DNA of 64,000 nucleotides, from the NCBI GenBank assembly GCA_934162365.1, contig CAKPIK010000001.1, forward strand, positions 234,877-298,876, in the 5' to 3' direction. The translations under genes and the position numbers were made by a program. The notes under the pieces are model-generated. The model ran no database searches. It had not been told where the DNA came from and was given only the letters and a program-made list of their open reading frames with translations. This DNA is from an uncultured Clostridia bacterium (GTDB taxonomy: Bacteria; Bacillota; Clostridia; TANB77; CAG-508). This document shows, piece after piece, positions 9,302 to 19,275 of this stretch. The first letter of the stretch is position 1. The number at the start of each line of letters is the position of its first letter.

Positions 9302-12300
9302 ATGAAGAAGAGTAAATTATTAAAATTATTTACAATTATTTTAGGAGCAATGATGTGTTTTGGCTTTAAAGAAACAAAAGCAATTGAAATCACATCCGCA
9401 TTTAGTAATTTAACATTAAATAGAGCAAGTGTAGCTAAAGCTTCAAACGATAATTTAGATCAATCAAAAGTAATAGGAATAGTAAAAAACAGAGCTTCTG
9501 GAGCTTCATATCAATGGAATATTACAACAGATGGCGGTGGAAATAATGTTTGGAAAGTTGCGCAATATTCTTCTTTAACTGCAACAACACCAAATTGGAA
9601 AGTAAAAGATGGAATGTATTGTTTGAATGCTAGAAGAGGATTTCAATCTTCTGGTGGAGAAATGACAGAAAAAAAAGGTGTTTACGATATTGAAATTAAC
9701 ATGTCAAACGAGACAAATAAAGAAAGAATTGGAAATTATGCAGGTGGAGATTTAATAAAAAATTATAACAAAATTATGTGGATTGCTGATAATGCATACA
9801 TAGTAACAGGAGATGAAAATTATCAAACATCAAATGCATATAAAGCTTTTATGAAAAAAGCAGGGATAACTATTGACAGTGAACCATTATACAATTTAAC
9901 AGAGGATGATATTGAAGTTGTTCAACAAATGGCAATATGGTATTTTACTAACGAAAATGATAATGTATATCATAACAATAATTTGCCAAACCTTTATTTA
10001 AATGGTCATGAAATATCATCAATGACTTTTGGAACAGATAAATATGGTAGAGCAATAACTGGTGCCAAAAGAGCAGAGAAAGCAAAACAGTTATATAATT
10101 ATTTTATAACAGAAGCAAATAAAAATGCAAATTATACAAGAAAAACACCAGTAATAAAAATAACTGGAGAAAATAGTATTATTAAAGAAAATACAAACGA
10201 TTATACTGTTGGACCATATTATTTATCTGGCGAAAATATAGAAACTGCAAAATCAATAGAGTTTAGCGTTAATAAAAAATACACATTACTTGACGCTTCA
10301 GGAAATGTAGTATCAGAAAATGACTTCTCAAAAGTAATGAATAGTAATTTTTATTTAAGAATTGATAAAAGTGAAATAACAACAAGGACAGTTGTAACTA
10401 TTGAAGCAACATACTTGTATGATACAAGAGATTTAATATTCTCTACTAATACATCAGATCCAGAGGCTGTTCAACCAGTTATTATAATTAGAAATACAGA
10501 ACATGAAGTACCATTAAGAATTGAAATACCAATTAATATAACTAAAGTTGAAGTAGAGAAAAAATGGGATGATGTTAATAATCAAGATGGTGTAAGACCT
10601 AGTTCAATAAAAGTGCAATTATATAGAGATGGAATTGCTTATAGAGAAAGTGTAACTTTAAATGCTTCAAATAACTGGAGTTATACTTGGGATAAATTAT
10701 TAAGTGGATATACATACACTGTAAAAGAATTAAATTCAAATAATATAGCAGTAGAAAACAATGAAAGTTTAAATGCAAACTACAAAGCAACATATGCTAT
10801 ATCAGGAGATAAAACTACAATAACTAATACACACATTCCAGAGGTAGTATCAAAGACAGTAGTGAAAAAATGGGATGATGCTAACAATCAAGATGGAACA
10901 AGACCAAGTGAGATAGTAGTTAAGTTATTTAAAACTGTAAATAATGTAAAACAACAAATTAATGGTGAGATTATATTAAATGCTTCAAATAGTTGGACAT
11001 ACACATGGAATAATTTACCTAAATATGAAAATGGAAATTTAATAAAATATACAACTGAAGAAACAGTTCCAAATAATTATACAGTATCATATTCAGATGA
11101 TACATTTACAATAACAAATAAATATACACCAGGTACAGTAAATAAAACAGTAACAAAAGCATGGGATGATAACAACAACTCTGATGGAATAAGACCAGAC
11201 AGTATAACAGTTAGATTATATGCAAATGATGTGCCTGTTGGAGAAGATGTTGTTCTAAATATGGCAAATAGTTGGACATATACATGGACGGGATTACCAG
11301 AAAAAGAAAATGGTGTAACTATTAACTATACAGTAAAAGAAATAAAAATTGGAGATACAGTTGTAGAGAATGAAGTAGCAGCAGGATATCATATAAGATA
11401 TGATGTAGATGCAAATGTAAGTCAAATTACTAATATACATGAACCAAATAAAACTTCAAAAACAGTAGTAAAAAATTGGAATGATGGCGACTATGTAAAT
11501 AGACCAAAGGTAATAAAAATCCAATTATATAAAAATGGTGAAGCATATGGCGAACCTATTACATTAACTGCTGGAGAAGATAATATTTGGCAAGAAAATG
11601 AATTAACATATACATGGACAGATTTACCATTAAAAGAAAATGGTGTAGAAATTAAATATACTGTAAAAGAATTAGATGAAAACGGAAATGTAGTAGAAAA
11701 CAATCAAAAATATAACTCAGAATATACAACAACATATAGCGAAGATACATTTACAATTACAAATACACATAAAAGCTTTGACTTAGCATTAAGAAAATTT
11801 ATAACAGAAATAAGTGGAACAACATATTCAAGAGAACCAGTAGTTGATACTTCAACAATTGAAACTACAGGAACAGCAACATATAAACATAGCAAACAAC
11901 CAATAGCAGTACAAAAAGGTGATGTTGTAACATATAAGATAAGAGTATATAACGAAGGTGAAATTGCTGGATATGTAAATGAAATAACAGATCATTTACC
12001 AGAAAATTTATTACCTATTATAGAAGGAATAAATGGAATAGATGCTACAAAATATCAAGATGAAATTAAATTTAATCTTGATTGGGGATGGACATACACA
12101 GATAATGGAAAAACAGTAAAAACAACTAAAACTTCAAAAGACAGTAGTGATACATATTCATTAATGGAAGGATATGAAACTGTTGAAGATACAAAACTTG
12201 AAGCATATGTTCCAGGATCTGACACACTAGATTATATTGAAGTTCAAATAAAATGTTTAGTAACAGATAGTGTTGTTGGAAATGAATATTTAACAAATAT

Positions 12301-14290
12301 AGCTGAAATTACAAATGCTGAAGACATAAATGGAAACATAGGTGATGGAAAAGATTCAAGTTTAGCAAATGTAGATTATAGCAATTTATCAGATTATAAA
12401 AATGAAGAAGCTTTATCATCAAATAAAGATACATATGTTCCAGGACAAGAAGATGATGATGATTTTGAAAAGTTAATAGTAAAAGAATTTGACTTAGCGT
12501 TAAGAAAATTCATTACAAAAGTTAACGATACAACATATTCAAGAGAACCAGTTGTAGATACAAGTAAGTTAGGAACACAAGGACTAAATGGAAAAACAAT
12601 AACAACAGCTACATATAATCATTCAAAAGAACCAGTTATAGTTAATACAGGAGATATAGTAACTTATATAATAAGAATATATAATGAAGGAACTTTAGCA
12701 GGATTTGCAAATGAAATAACAGATGATATGCCAAAAGGATTAGAATTCTTACCAAATAGTTCAGTAAATGTTTCATATAAATGGAAAATGCTAGATAAAG
12801 ATGGTAACGAAACAACTGATTTATCTGAAGCAGTTATGATAACTACAGATTATTTATCAGAAGCAGATGTTGCAAATAAAATAAATGCTGTATCATTAGA
12901 TGAAAACGGAAATAAAGTTTTAGATTATAAAGATGTACAAGTACAATTTAAAGTAGTTGCAACAGCTAAGAAATTAGAAGATAATATAATTAAAAACGTA
13001 GCTCAAATATCTGCAGATAGCGATAGAGATATAGACTCAATTCCAAATAGAGATGAAAAATATGACTATGAAACTGGAGATAATGAAGATGATATTGATT
13101 ATGAGCCAGTAAAACTACAATACTTTGACTTAGCATTAAGAAAATTCATTACAAAGGTTAACAAAGAAGACTATAACAATAGATATCCAGAAGTTATATT
13201 TAACGAAGATGGAAGCATAACATATAAACATACAAAAGATCCAGTAATAGTTACAACAAATGACGTAGTTATATATACAATAAGAATATATAATGAAGGC
13301 GAAAAAGCTGGAACTGCAACAGAAATTAAAGATAATATTCCTGAAGGATTAGAGTTTTTACCAGATGATGAAACTAATAAACAATATAATTGGAAAGCAC
13401 TTGATGAAGATGGAAACGAAGTAACAGATGTTACAAAGGCAAAATATATTGTTTCAGATGCATTAAAAGATGATGTTATAGAAGGTTTTGTTCAAGAAAA
13501 CGGACAAAAAGTATTAAGCTATAAAGATGTTAAAGTTGCATTTAAAGTTGTAGCAGAAGGAAAAACAAATAGCATAATAGTAAATACAGCTGAAATATCA
13601 AAAGATAATGGAGACGATATAGACTCTGTACCAGACAATAATGATGAAAAAGAAGACGATCTAGATAAAGAATATATCAAAGTAAAATACTTCGATTTAG
13701 CACTTAAAAAATGGGTAACAGAAACAAGAGTTACTGTTAACGGAAAAACAACTACTACAAAAACAGGATTTACTGAAGACACAGAAGATATGGCAAAAGT
13801 TGATATAGTAGCTAAAAACTTAAAGAAAACAACTGTAAAATTTGTATATAGCATAAAAGTTATAAACGAAGGAGAAACAGCTGGATACGCATACGAAGTA
13901 AAAGATTATATTCCAAATGGATTAGAATTTAGACAAGAAGATAACAAAGACTGGAAACAATTAAAAGATGGTCAAGTAGTAACAGACAAATTAAAAGATA
14001 CATTGTTAAATCCAGGAGAAAGTGCAACAGTAGAAATAGTATTAACATGGAAAAACTCTACAACAAACTTAGGAGTAAAAACAAACTATGCTGAAATAAG
14101 TGATGATTCAGGTGATGATATAGACTCAACACCAGATAACTTTAAAAAGGACGAAGACGATATAGACGATGCAAAAGTAATCTTATCAATAAAAACAGCA
14201 GGAGCAAGAACATATATATGGTTAACACTTATATCAGTAACAATATTAGCAGCAGGTGTATGGACAATTAAAAAATATGTAATAGATTAG
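9302..14290 (+). CDS. Giant surface adhesin: N-terminal thioester domain (TED), 4 CnaB-type repeats, 4 DUF11-type repeats, C-terminal membrane anchor
   Basis: Signal peptide MKKSKLLKLFTIILGAMMCFG. The TED Cys is in GMYCLN (C107, nt 9620-9622) and the TED Gln is in VQQMAIWYFT (Q209, nt 9926-9928). There are KKWDDxNNQDGxRP CnaB-type repeats and FDLALRKFIT...GDxVTYxIRxYNEG DUF11-type repeats. The C-terminus is SIKTAGARTYIWLTLISVTILAAGVWTIKKYVID. Confidence 0.85.
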   Translation: MKKSKLLKLFTIILGAMMCFGFKETKAIEITSAFSNLTLNRASVAKASNDNLDQSKVIGIVKNRASGASYQWNITTDGGGNNVWKVAQYSSLTATTPNWKVKDGMYCLNARRGFQSSGGEMTEKKGVYDIEINMSNETNKERIGNYAGGDLIKNYNKIMWIADNAYIVTGDENYQTSNAYKAFMKKAGITIDSEPLYNLTEDDIEVVQQMAIWYFTNENDNVYHNNNLPNLYLNGHEISSMTFGTDKYGRAITGAKRAEKAKQLYNYFITEANKNANYTRKTPVIKITGENSIIKENTNDYTVGPYYLSGENIETAKSIEFSVNKKYTLLDASGNVVSENDFSKVMNSNFYLRIDKSEITTRTVVTIEATYLYDTRDLIFSTNTSDPEAVQPVIIIRNTEHEVPLRIEIPINITKVEVEKKWDDVNNQDGVRPSSIKVQLYRDGIAYRESVTLNASNNWSYTWDKLLSGYTYTVKELNSNNIAVENNESLNANYKATYAISGDKTTITNTHIPEVVSKTVVKKWDDANNQDGTRPSEIVVKLFKTVNNVKQQINGEIILNASNSWTYTWNNLPKYENGNLIKYTTEETVPNNYTVSYSDDTFTITNKYTPGTVNKTVTKAWDDNNNSDGIRPDSITVRLYANDVPVGEDVVLNMANSWTYTWTGLPEKENGVTINYTVKEIKIGDTVVENEVAAGYHIRYDVDANVSQITNIHEPNKTSKTVVKNWNDGDYVNRPKVIKIQLYKNGEAYGEPITLTAGEDNIWQENELTYTWTDLPLKENGVEIKYTVKELDENGNVVENNQKYNSEYTTTYSEDTFTITNTHKSFDLALRKFITEISGTTYSREPVVDTSTIETTGTATYKHSKQPIAVQKGDVVTYKIRVYNEGEIAGYVNEITDHLPENLLPIIEGINGIDATKYQDEIKFNLDWGWTYTDNGKTVKTTKTSKDSSDTYSLMEGYETVEDTKLEAYVPGSDTLDYIEVQIKCLVTDSVVGNEYLTNIAEITNAEDINGNIGDGKDSSLANVDYSNLSDYKNEEALSSNKDTYVPGQEDDDDFEKLIVKEFDLALRKFITKVNDTTYSREPVVDTSKLGTQGLNGKTITTATYNHSKEPVIVNTGDIVTYIIRIYNEGTLAGFANEITDDMPKGLEFLPNSSVNVSYKWKMLDKDGNETTDLSEAVMITTDYLSEADVANKINAVSLDENGNKVLDYKDVQVQFKVVATAKKLEDNIIKNVAQISADSDRDIDSIPNRDEKYDYETGDNEDDIDYEPVKLQYFDLALRKFITKVNKEDYNNRYPEVIFNEDGSITYKHTKDPVIVTTNDVVIYTIRIYNEGEKAGTATEIKDNIPEGLEFLPDDETNKQYNWKALDEDGNEVTDVTKAKYIVSDALKDDVIEGFVQENGQKVLSYKDVKVAFKVVAEGKTNSIIVNTAEISKDNGDDIDSVPDNNDEKEDDLDKEYIKVKYFDLALKKWVTETRVTVNGKTTTTKTGFTEDTEDMAKVDIVAKNLKKTTVKFVYSIKVINEGETAGYAYEVKDYIPNGLEFRQEDNKDWKQLKDGQVVTDKLKDTLLNPGESATVEIVLTWKNSTTNLGVKTNYAEISDDSGDDIDSTPDNFKKDEDDIDDAKVILSIKTAGARTYIWLTLISVTILAAGVWTIKKYVID
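10546..11760 (+). repeat. Four tandem ~300-nt repeats encoding CnaB-type domains inside the adhesin gene
   Basis: Units start near 10546, 10864, 11150 and 11464. Each begins with (V/A/K)KKWDD(A/V/N)NNQDG(x)RP and has conserved NxWTYTW and YTVKEL segments. Confidence 0.6.
11777..14160 (+). repeat. Four tandem ~600-nt repeats encoding DUF11-like conserved repeat domains, each followed by a D-rich DIDSxPD motif
   Basis: Units begin at 11777, 12488, 13124 and 13691, each opening with tttgacttagc(a/g)ttaagaaaatt (FDLALRKFIT). These near-identical DNA stretches are recombination-prone. Confidence 0.6.
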
Positions 14291-14300
14291 TTAAAGAAAT

Positions 14301-14336
14301 AAAATGGCGAATTTTATAATCGCCATTTTATTTTTG
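14301..14336 (+). terminator. Rho-independent terminator after the adhesin gene
   Basis: AAAATGGCGA, loop ATTTTATAAT, CGCCATTTT, then a T-run. Confidence 0.6.
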
Positions 14337-14426
14337 CATTTGATATAATAAAATTTAAGCGTAAATATTGATAAATATAGCAAATTAATATATAATAAAT
14401 ATGTTATTTATAAGGAGGCATTATAA

Positions 14427-15080
14427 ATGAGCGAAGAGAAAAAAGCACAAATAAAAGATATTATAGAATGGATATATTGCATTATAATAGCAGTTGTATT
14501 AGCTCTATTGGTTAGATATTATGTTGGAACTCCAACAATAGTAAAACAAACTTCTATGTATCCAACCTTTAATAATAAAGATAGACTTATATTAAATAGA
14601 TTGTATAGAACATGCAAAACAACACCTAAAAGGGGTGATATCATTACTTTTGAAGCACCAAGTGTATCATACTTAAACGGAGAAAAAGCAGATTTAGAAC
14701 ATCCAACAGCAATATATAATAATGAACCTAAAAGCTTAATTGGAAAGTTTTTTTATAATGTTGTAGAAATTAACAAAACAAGCTATATAAAAAGAGTAAT
14801 TGGACTTCCAGGAGAACATGTGCAAATAAAAGATGGAAAAGTATATATAAATGGAGAACAATTACAAGAAGAATATTTATCAGATGATGTTATAACAGAC
14901 GATGTACAAGGCGGACAATTTTTAGATGTAATTGTGCCAGAAAATACAGTTTTTGTAATGGGCGACAATAGAAGTCATAGCATGGATTCTAGAAGATTAG
15001 GATGTATACCATATAGCAAAATAGAAGGAAAAATTGTATTTAGATTTTGGCCATTAAATGTATTTGGAAAAATAAATTAA
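14427..15080 (+). CDS. lepB: Signal peptidase I
   Basis: SPase I boxes are present: SMYPTF (Ser box), YIKRVIGLPGE (Lys box) and GDNRSHSMDSRRLG. An N-terminal TM helix is present. Confidence 0.85.
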   Translation: MSEEKKAQIKDIIEWIYCIIIAVVLALLVRYYVGTPTIVKQTSMYPTFNNKDRLILNRLYRTCKTTPKRGDIITFEAPSVSYLNGEKADLEHPTAIYNNEPKSLIGKFFYNVVEINKTSYIKRVIGLPGEHVQIKDGKVYINGEQLQEEYLSDDVITDDVQGGQFLDVIVPENTVFVMGDNRSHSMDSRRLGCIPYSKIEGKIVFRFWPLNVFGKIN

Positions 15081-15090
15081 GGAAATAATA

Positions 15091-15987
15091 ATGTTTGAAA
15101 AATTAATAGGAAATGATAGAATTAAAGAGAATCTAGAGAAAGTTTTAAATTCCAATAATATATCACATAGTTATATGTTTATTGGACCATCAGGAATAGG
15201 CAAAAAAAAATTTGCAAAAGAATTTGCAAAAGGAATACTATGCCTAAATGAAAATAATAAACCATGTAATGATTGTAAATCTTGTATTAGTTTTATGGAT
15301 AGTAATAATCCAGATTATTATGAAATAAATCTTGCAGATGATGAAAATAGTATAAAAATAGATACAATCAGAGAATTGCAGAAAAAAATACAAGAATTAC
15401 CAATAGTTTCAAACAGGAAAGTATATATAATAAATGATAGTGAATACATGACAAAAGATGCTCAAAATTGTTTATTAAAAACATTAGAAGAGCCACCAAG
15501 TTTTGTTACACTAATTTTAATTGTATCAAACGAAAATATGATATTAAACACAATAAAATCTAGATGTTTAAAACTATATTTTAATGGAATACCAAATAAT
15601 GAGATAATGAATTATATAAAACAAAATCTTAATTTTGATGCATTTACGCCAAACATGTTAAAGGCATGTGAAGGAAGCATAGGCAAGGCAAAAAATATAT
15701 ATGCCAATGCTAATACATACTTAGAAGTAGATAAAGTATTTAATAATATAGAAAAACACACATTAATAGATGTAATTTCTAAATTAGAGGTTTTGTACAA
15801 AAACAAAGAACATATAAATGAAATACTAGAATATATAAATACAATTTTTATAGAAAAGGCAAAAAATGATTTTAAATATATTGAATATATAAAATATATT
15901 GAAGAAGCTAAAAGAGATATAAAACAGAATTGTAATTATGATATGTGTATAGATAATTTATTATTTAAGATTTTTGAAGGAGAGTGA
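15091..15987 (+). CDS. holB: DNA polymerase III delta-prime subunit
   Basis: The N-terminus IGNDRIKENL...SHSYMFIGPSGIGKKKFAKEFAKGILC...CNDCKSC matches HolB. The gene sits upstream of yaaT as in Bacillus. Confidence 0.8.
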   Translation: MFEKLIGNDRIKENLEKVLNSNNISHSYMFIGPSGIGKKKFAKEFAKGILCLNENNKPCNDCKSCISFMDSNNPDYYEINLADDENSIKIDTIRELQKKIQELPIVSNRKVYIINDSEYMTKDAQNCLLKTLEEPPSFVTLILIVSNENMILNTIKSRCLKLYFNGIPNNEIMNYIKQNLNFDAFTPNMLKACEGSIGKAKNIYANANTYLEVDKVFNNIEKHTLIDVISKLEVLYKNKEHINEILEYINTIFIEKAKNDFKYIEYIKYIEEAKRDIKQNCNYDMCIDNLLFKIFEGE

Positions 15988-15991
15988 AAAG

Positions 15992-16867
15992 TTGAATAAA
16001 ACAATAATAGGAATAAAATTTAAAGAAGCTGGGAAAATATATTTCTTTGATCCTAAAGGTGAAAAATTAAAAAAAGGAGACTATGTAATAGTTGAAACAG
16101 CAATAGGAGAAGAATATACAGAAGTTGTTGTACCAAATAAGGAAGTTTCTGCAGATAAATTAAAAACACCATTAAAACCAATAATTAGGAAAGCTAATTT
16201 TAAAGATAAAAAACATTATGAAGATAATATAAGAAAAGAAAAAGAAGCTTTAAAAACTGCAAATAAATTAATAAAAAAATATAAATTAGATATGAATTTA
16301 ACAGAAGTTAAATATACTTTTGATAATAGCAAGTTATTATTTTATTTTACTGCAGATGGAAGAATCGATTTTAGAGATTTAGTAAAAGAACTTGCAAGTA
16401 TTTTTAAAACAAGAATAGAATTAAGACAAATAGGAGTAAGAGACGAAGTTAGAAAAATCGGTGGAAATGGAATTTGTGGTAGAGAACTATGCTGTTGTAC
16501 ATTTTTAGATAACTTTGATAGTGTTTCTATAAAAATGGCTAAAGAACAAAATATAGCATTAGGCTCTTCTAAAATTTCAGGAAACTGTGGAAGATTGATG
16601 TGCTGTTTAAGATACGAACATGATGTATATCAAGAGAAGCTATCAAGATTACCTAAAGTTGGAGCAACAGTAAAAACAGAAGATGGGGAAGGTACAGTTG
16701 AAGGAATAGAAACATTAAAAGAAAAGGTTAAAGTTAAATTTAAAGATGGAGATGGTTTCTTTTATAAAAAATATGATGCCAAAGATGTAAAAGTAACAAA
16801 AGATATAGAAGTTAAAGAAGAAGAAATTGATGAAGAAGAAGAATTAAAGAAGATAGAACAAAACTAG
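15992..16867 (+). CDS. yaaT: PSP1 domain protein YaaT/RicT (stage 0 sporulation / RNase Y regulation)
   Basis: PSP1 C-terminal Cys cluster ICGRELCCCTFL...GNCGRLMCCLRYEHDVY. The likely start is TTG at 15992, after RBS gaaggagag. The ORF begins at 15974 and overlaps holB. Confidence 0.8.
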   Translation: MNKTIIGIKFKEAGKIYFFDPKGEKLKKGDYVIVETAIGEEYTEVVVPNKEVSADKLKTPLKPIIRKANFKDKKHYEDNIRKEKEALKTANKLIKKYKLDMNLTEVKYTFDNSKLLFYFTADGRIDFRDLVKELASIFKTRIELRQIGVRDEVRKIGGNGICGRELCCCTFLDNFDSVSIKMAKEQNIALGSSKISGNCGRLMCCLRYEHDVYQEKLSRLPKVGATVKTEDGEGTVEGIETLKEKVKVKFKDGDGFFYKKYDAKDVKVTKDIEVKEEEIDEEEELKKIEQN

Positions 16868-16883
16868 AAAGGCAGGTGAAAAA

Positions 16884-17055
16884 TATGGCATACAAAATTA
16901 CAGATGCTTGCATATCTTGTGGAGCATGCGCAGGAGCATGTCCAGTAGAATGCATAAAACAAGGAGATAACAAATATGAAATAAATCAAGAAGCATGTAT
17001 ATCTTGTGGAACATGTGCAGGAGTTTGCCCAGTTGAAGCTCCAGTAGAAGAATAA
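16884..17055 (+). pseudogene. Clostridial-type 2x[4Fe-4S] ferredoxin with an apparent +1 frameshift (GGG at 16920-16922)
   Basis: From the ATG at 16884 the frame reads MAYKITDACISCG and then hits a stop after 29 codons. The +1 frame continues ACAGACPVECIKQGDNKYEINQEACISCGTCAGVCPVEAPVEE to the stop at 17053-17055. Removing one G restores the canonical CxxCxxCxxxCP x2 ferredoxin. Confidence 0.45.
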
Positions 17056-17073
17056 TGTTTGTTATATAAAGTA

Positions 17074-17108
17074 AAAAGGAGATAATTTCTTAATTATCTC
17101 CTTTTTTG
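17074..17108. terminator. Bidirectional rho-independent terminator (ferredoxin / por operon)
   Basis: AAAAAGGAGATAATT - TCT - TAATTATCTCCTTTTTT. It is flanked by A-run and T-run, so it can terminate both strands. Confidence 0.6.
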
Positions 17109-17111
17109 TTT

Positions 17112-18065
17112 TTATTCTTTATTTGTCATTTCTTCTAAATCTAAAAGTTCTTGCCATCTAGCATCTACTTCTTTTTGGAATTCTTCTATCATCCATTCAT
17201 TTCCAGGCTTAAACATATGTTTAAATCTCTTTTGTGGTTTTAAAAATTCTTCTATTGGAAGTTTTTTGGCTGGTTTATAATTTATTGTATATTTGCCATC
17301 TATAACTTCATATAATGGCCAATAACAAGTTTCAACAGCTAATTTATTTAACTTCATTAAATCATCAGTAGAATATCCCCATCCTCTAGGACATGGTGCA
17401 AGTACATTTAAAAAACAAGCCCCTTTTGTATATATTGCTTTTTCAGATTTTTCATATAAATCTTTGAAATTTCCATAGGCTGCAGTTTGAGCAACATATG
17501 GTAAATGGTGACCTACCATAATTTTTGCTAAATCTTTTCTTGGTTGCATTTTACCAGGAATAACGCTACCAGCAGGAGAAGTTGTTGTATCTGCAAATTT
17601 TGGAGTTGCAGAAGAACGTTGAATACCAGTATTCATATATGCGCCATTATCATAGCATACATATACCATGTCATGGCCTCTTTCCATAGCTCCAGATAAA
17701 CTCTGAAGTCCTATATCATAAGTTCCACCATCTCCACCAAATGCTATAAATTTAGTATCTTCGTCTTGTGGTAATTTTCCTTGTTTTTTCATAGAAACAT
17801 ATGCAGCTTCAGCACCAGATAATGTTGCACCAGCACATTCAAAAGCTGTATGTATAAATGAATCTGTCCAAGCTGTATATGGATATATAAAAGTTGAAAC
17901 TTCCATACAACCAGTTGCATTACAAATTACTGCATGATCTTCAGGCTTTAAAGCTCTTAATACCATTCTTCCAACAACTGGAGCACCACAACCAGCACAC
18001 ATTCTATGACCTGCTGTGAATCTAGAAGGTTTATTTGCTATAACTTCTTTTAAATTATATCCCAT
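17112..18065 (-). CDS. porB: 2-oxoacid:ferredoxin oxidoreductase beta subunit (TPP-binding; pyruvate/ketoisovalerate type)
   Basis: TPP motif GDGGTYDIGLQSLSGAMERGHDMVYVCYDNGAYMNTG, plus N-terminal Cys residues for a [4Fe-4S] cluster. It is the last gene of a gamma-delta-alpha-beta operon. Confidence 0.85.
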   Translation of the reverse strand: MGYNLKEVIANKPSRFTAGHRMCAGCGAPVVGRMVLRALKPEDHAVICNATGCMEVSTFIYPYTAWTDSFIHTAFECAGATLSGAEAAYVSMKKQGKLPQDEDTKFIAFGGDGGTYDIGLQSLSGAMERGHDMVYVCYDNGAYMNTGIQRSSATPKFADTTTSPAGSVIPGKMQPRKDLAKIMVGHHLPYVAQTAAYGNFKDLYEKSEKAIYTKGACFLNVLAPCPRGWGYSTDDLMKLNKLAVETCYWPLYEVIDGKYTINYKPAKKLPIEEFLKPQKRFKHMFKPGNEWMIEEFQKEVDARWQELLDLEEMTNKE

Positions 18066-19259
18066 TTATTTTTCCTCCCTTCTAAGTCCTAAATATCTAT
18101 ATGGATTATCAATTTTTCCATTGTCTTTAACAATTTTTTGTAAATCATTAAATACTTCTTCTATATCATTTGATTTTGTATCTCTACCACCAATACCATA
18201 AACATAATTTACAACTGGTACGTCTGTTTTATTAACATATAAGCTAGATACAACATCTTCAAACAATGCACCACCAATAGCATTTAATGAATCAGCCTTG
18301 TCTAAAACTGCAACGGCTTTAACATGTTCTAATGCTTTTGCAACTTCTTCACCAGGGAATGGTCTATAAACTCTTATTTTTAATAGTCCAGCTTTAACTC
18401 CTTGTGCTCTTAGTTTGTCTACAACAAATTTTGTAGTTCCAGCTGTAGAGTTCATACAAACTATTGCAATTTCAGCATCTTTCATATTGTATTCTTCGAA
18501 TAAAGAATAATGTCTTCCAGTCATTTTTTCAAAATCTTTTGAAACTTCTAAAATAACTTTTTTGGCATTTCTCATAGCTTCTGCTTGTTGAAATTTATGT
18601 TCAAATAAATAAGCTTGTAGATCTAAAGGACCAACGGCAATAGGTTCTTTTTTGTTTAATAAGTAATGTTCTGGATGATATTCTCCAACGAATTCTTTAA
18701 CTTTATCATCTTCTATAAGTTCAATATTTTCAATAGAGTGAGATGTTATAAATCCATCTTGGCATATCATTAATGGTAATTGTACATCTTTATGTTCAGC
18801 AATTCTATGAGCCATTATTGTATTATCATAAGCTTCTTGGTTATTTTCACTAAATAGCATTACCCATCCAGCATCTCTAACTCCCATTGCGTCTGAATGG
18901 TCGTTGTGTATATTTAAAGGTCCAGATACTGCTCTGTTTACCAAAGATAGAACAATAGGTAAACGTAAGCTAGATGCAATATAAATCATTTCCCACATTA
19001 AAGATAAACCATTTGCAGAAGTTGCAGTCATAGCTCTTGCACCTGCTGCTTCTGCACCTATACAAGCACTCATTGCACTGTGTTCACTTTCTACTGCAAC
19101 AAATTCTGTATCAACTTGCCCATTACTAACAAAAGTTGAGAAATATTGAGGTATTTCAGTAGAAGGAGTAATAGGGAAAGCTGCAACAACATCTGGGTTT
19201 ATTTGTTTCATAGCTGTAGCAACAGCTTCATTTCCACTTAAACGTTCTCTTATACTCAT
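18066..19259 (-). CDS. porA: 2-oxoacid:ferredoxin oxidoreductase alpha subunit
   Basis: 397 aa with a typical PorA/VorA N-terminus (MSIRERLSGNEAVATAMKQINPDVVAAFPITPSTEI). The gene is adjacent to the beta subunit, 1 nt after its own stop. Confidence 0.85.
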   Translation of the reverse strand: MSIRERLSGNEAVATAMKQINPDVVAAFPITPSTEIPQYFSTFVSNGQVDTEFVAVESEHSAMSACIGAEAAGARAMTATSANGLSLMWEMIYIASSLRLPIVLSLVNRAVSGPLNIHNDHSDAMGVRDAGWVMLFSENNQEAYDNTIMAHRIAEHKDVQLPLMICQDGFITSHSIENIELIEDDKVKEFVGEYHPEHYLLNKKEPIAVGPLDLQAYLFEHKFQQAEAMRNAKKVILEVSKDFEKMTGRHYSLFEEYNMKDAEIAIVCMNSTAGTTKFVVDKLRAQGVKAGLLKIRVYRPFPGEEVAKALEHVKAVAVLDKADSLNAIGGALFEDVVSSLYVNKTDVPVVNYVYGIGGRDTKSNDIEEVFNDLQKIVKDNGKIDNPYRYLGLRREEK

Positions 19260-19275
19260 AATTTATTTTCCTTTC

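Noticed and set aside
10599-13854. Minus-strand ORFs within the adhesin gene (10599-10793, 11491-11895, 13519-13854)
   Set aside because: Antisense to a 5-kb ORF with a strong domain signature; they are low-complexity shadow ORFs.
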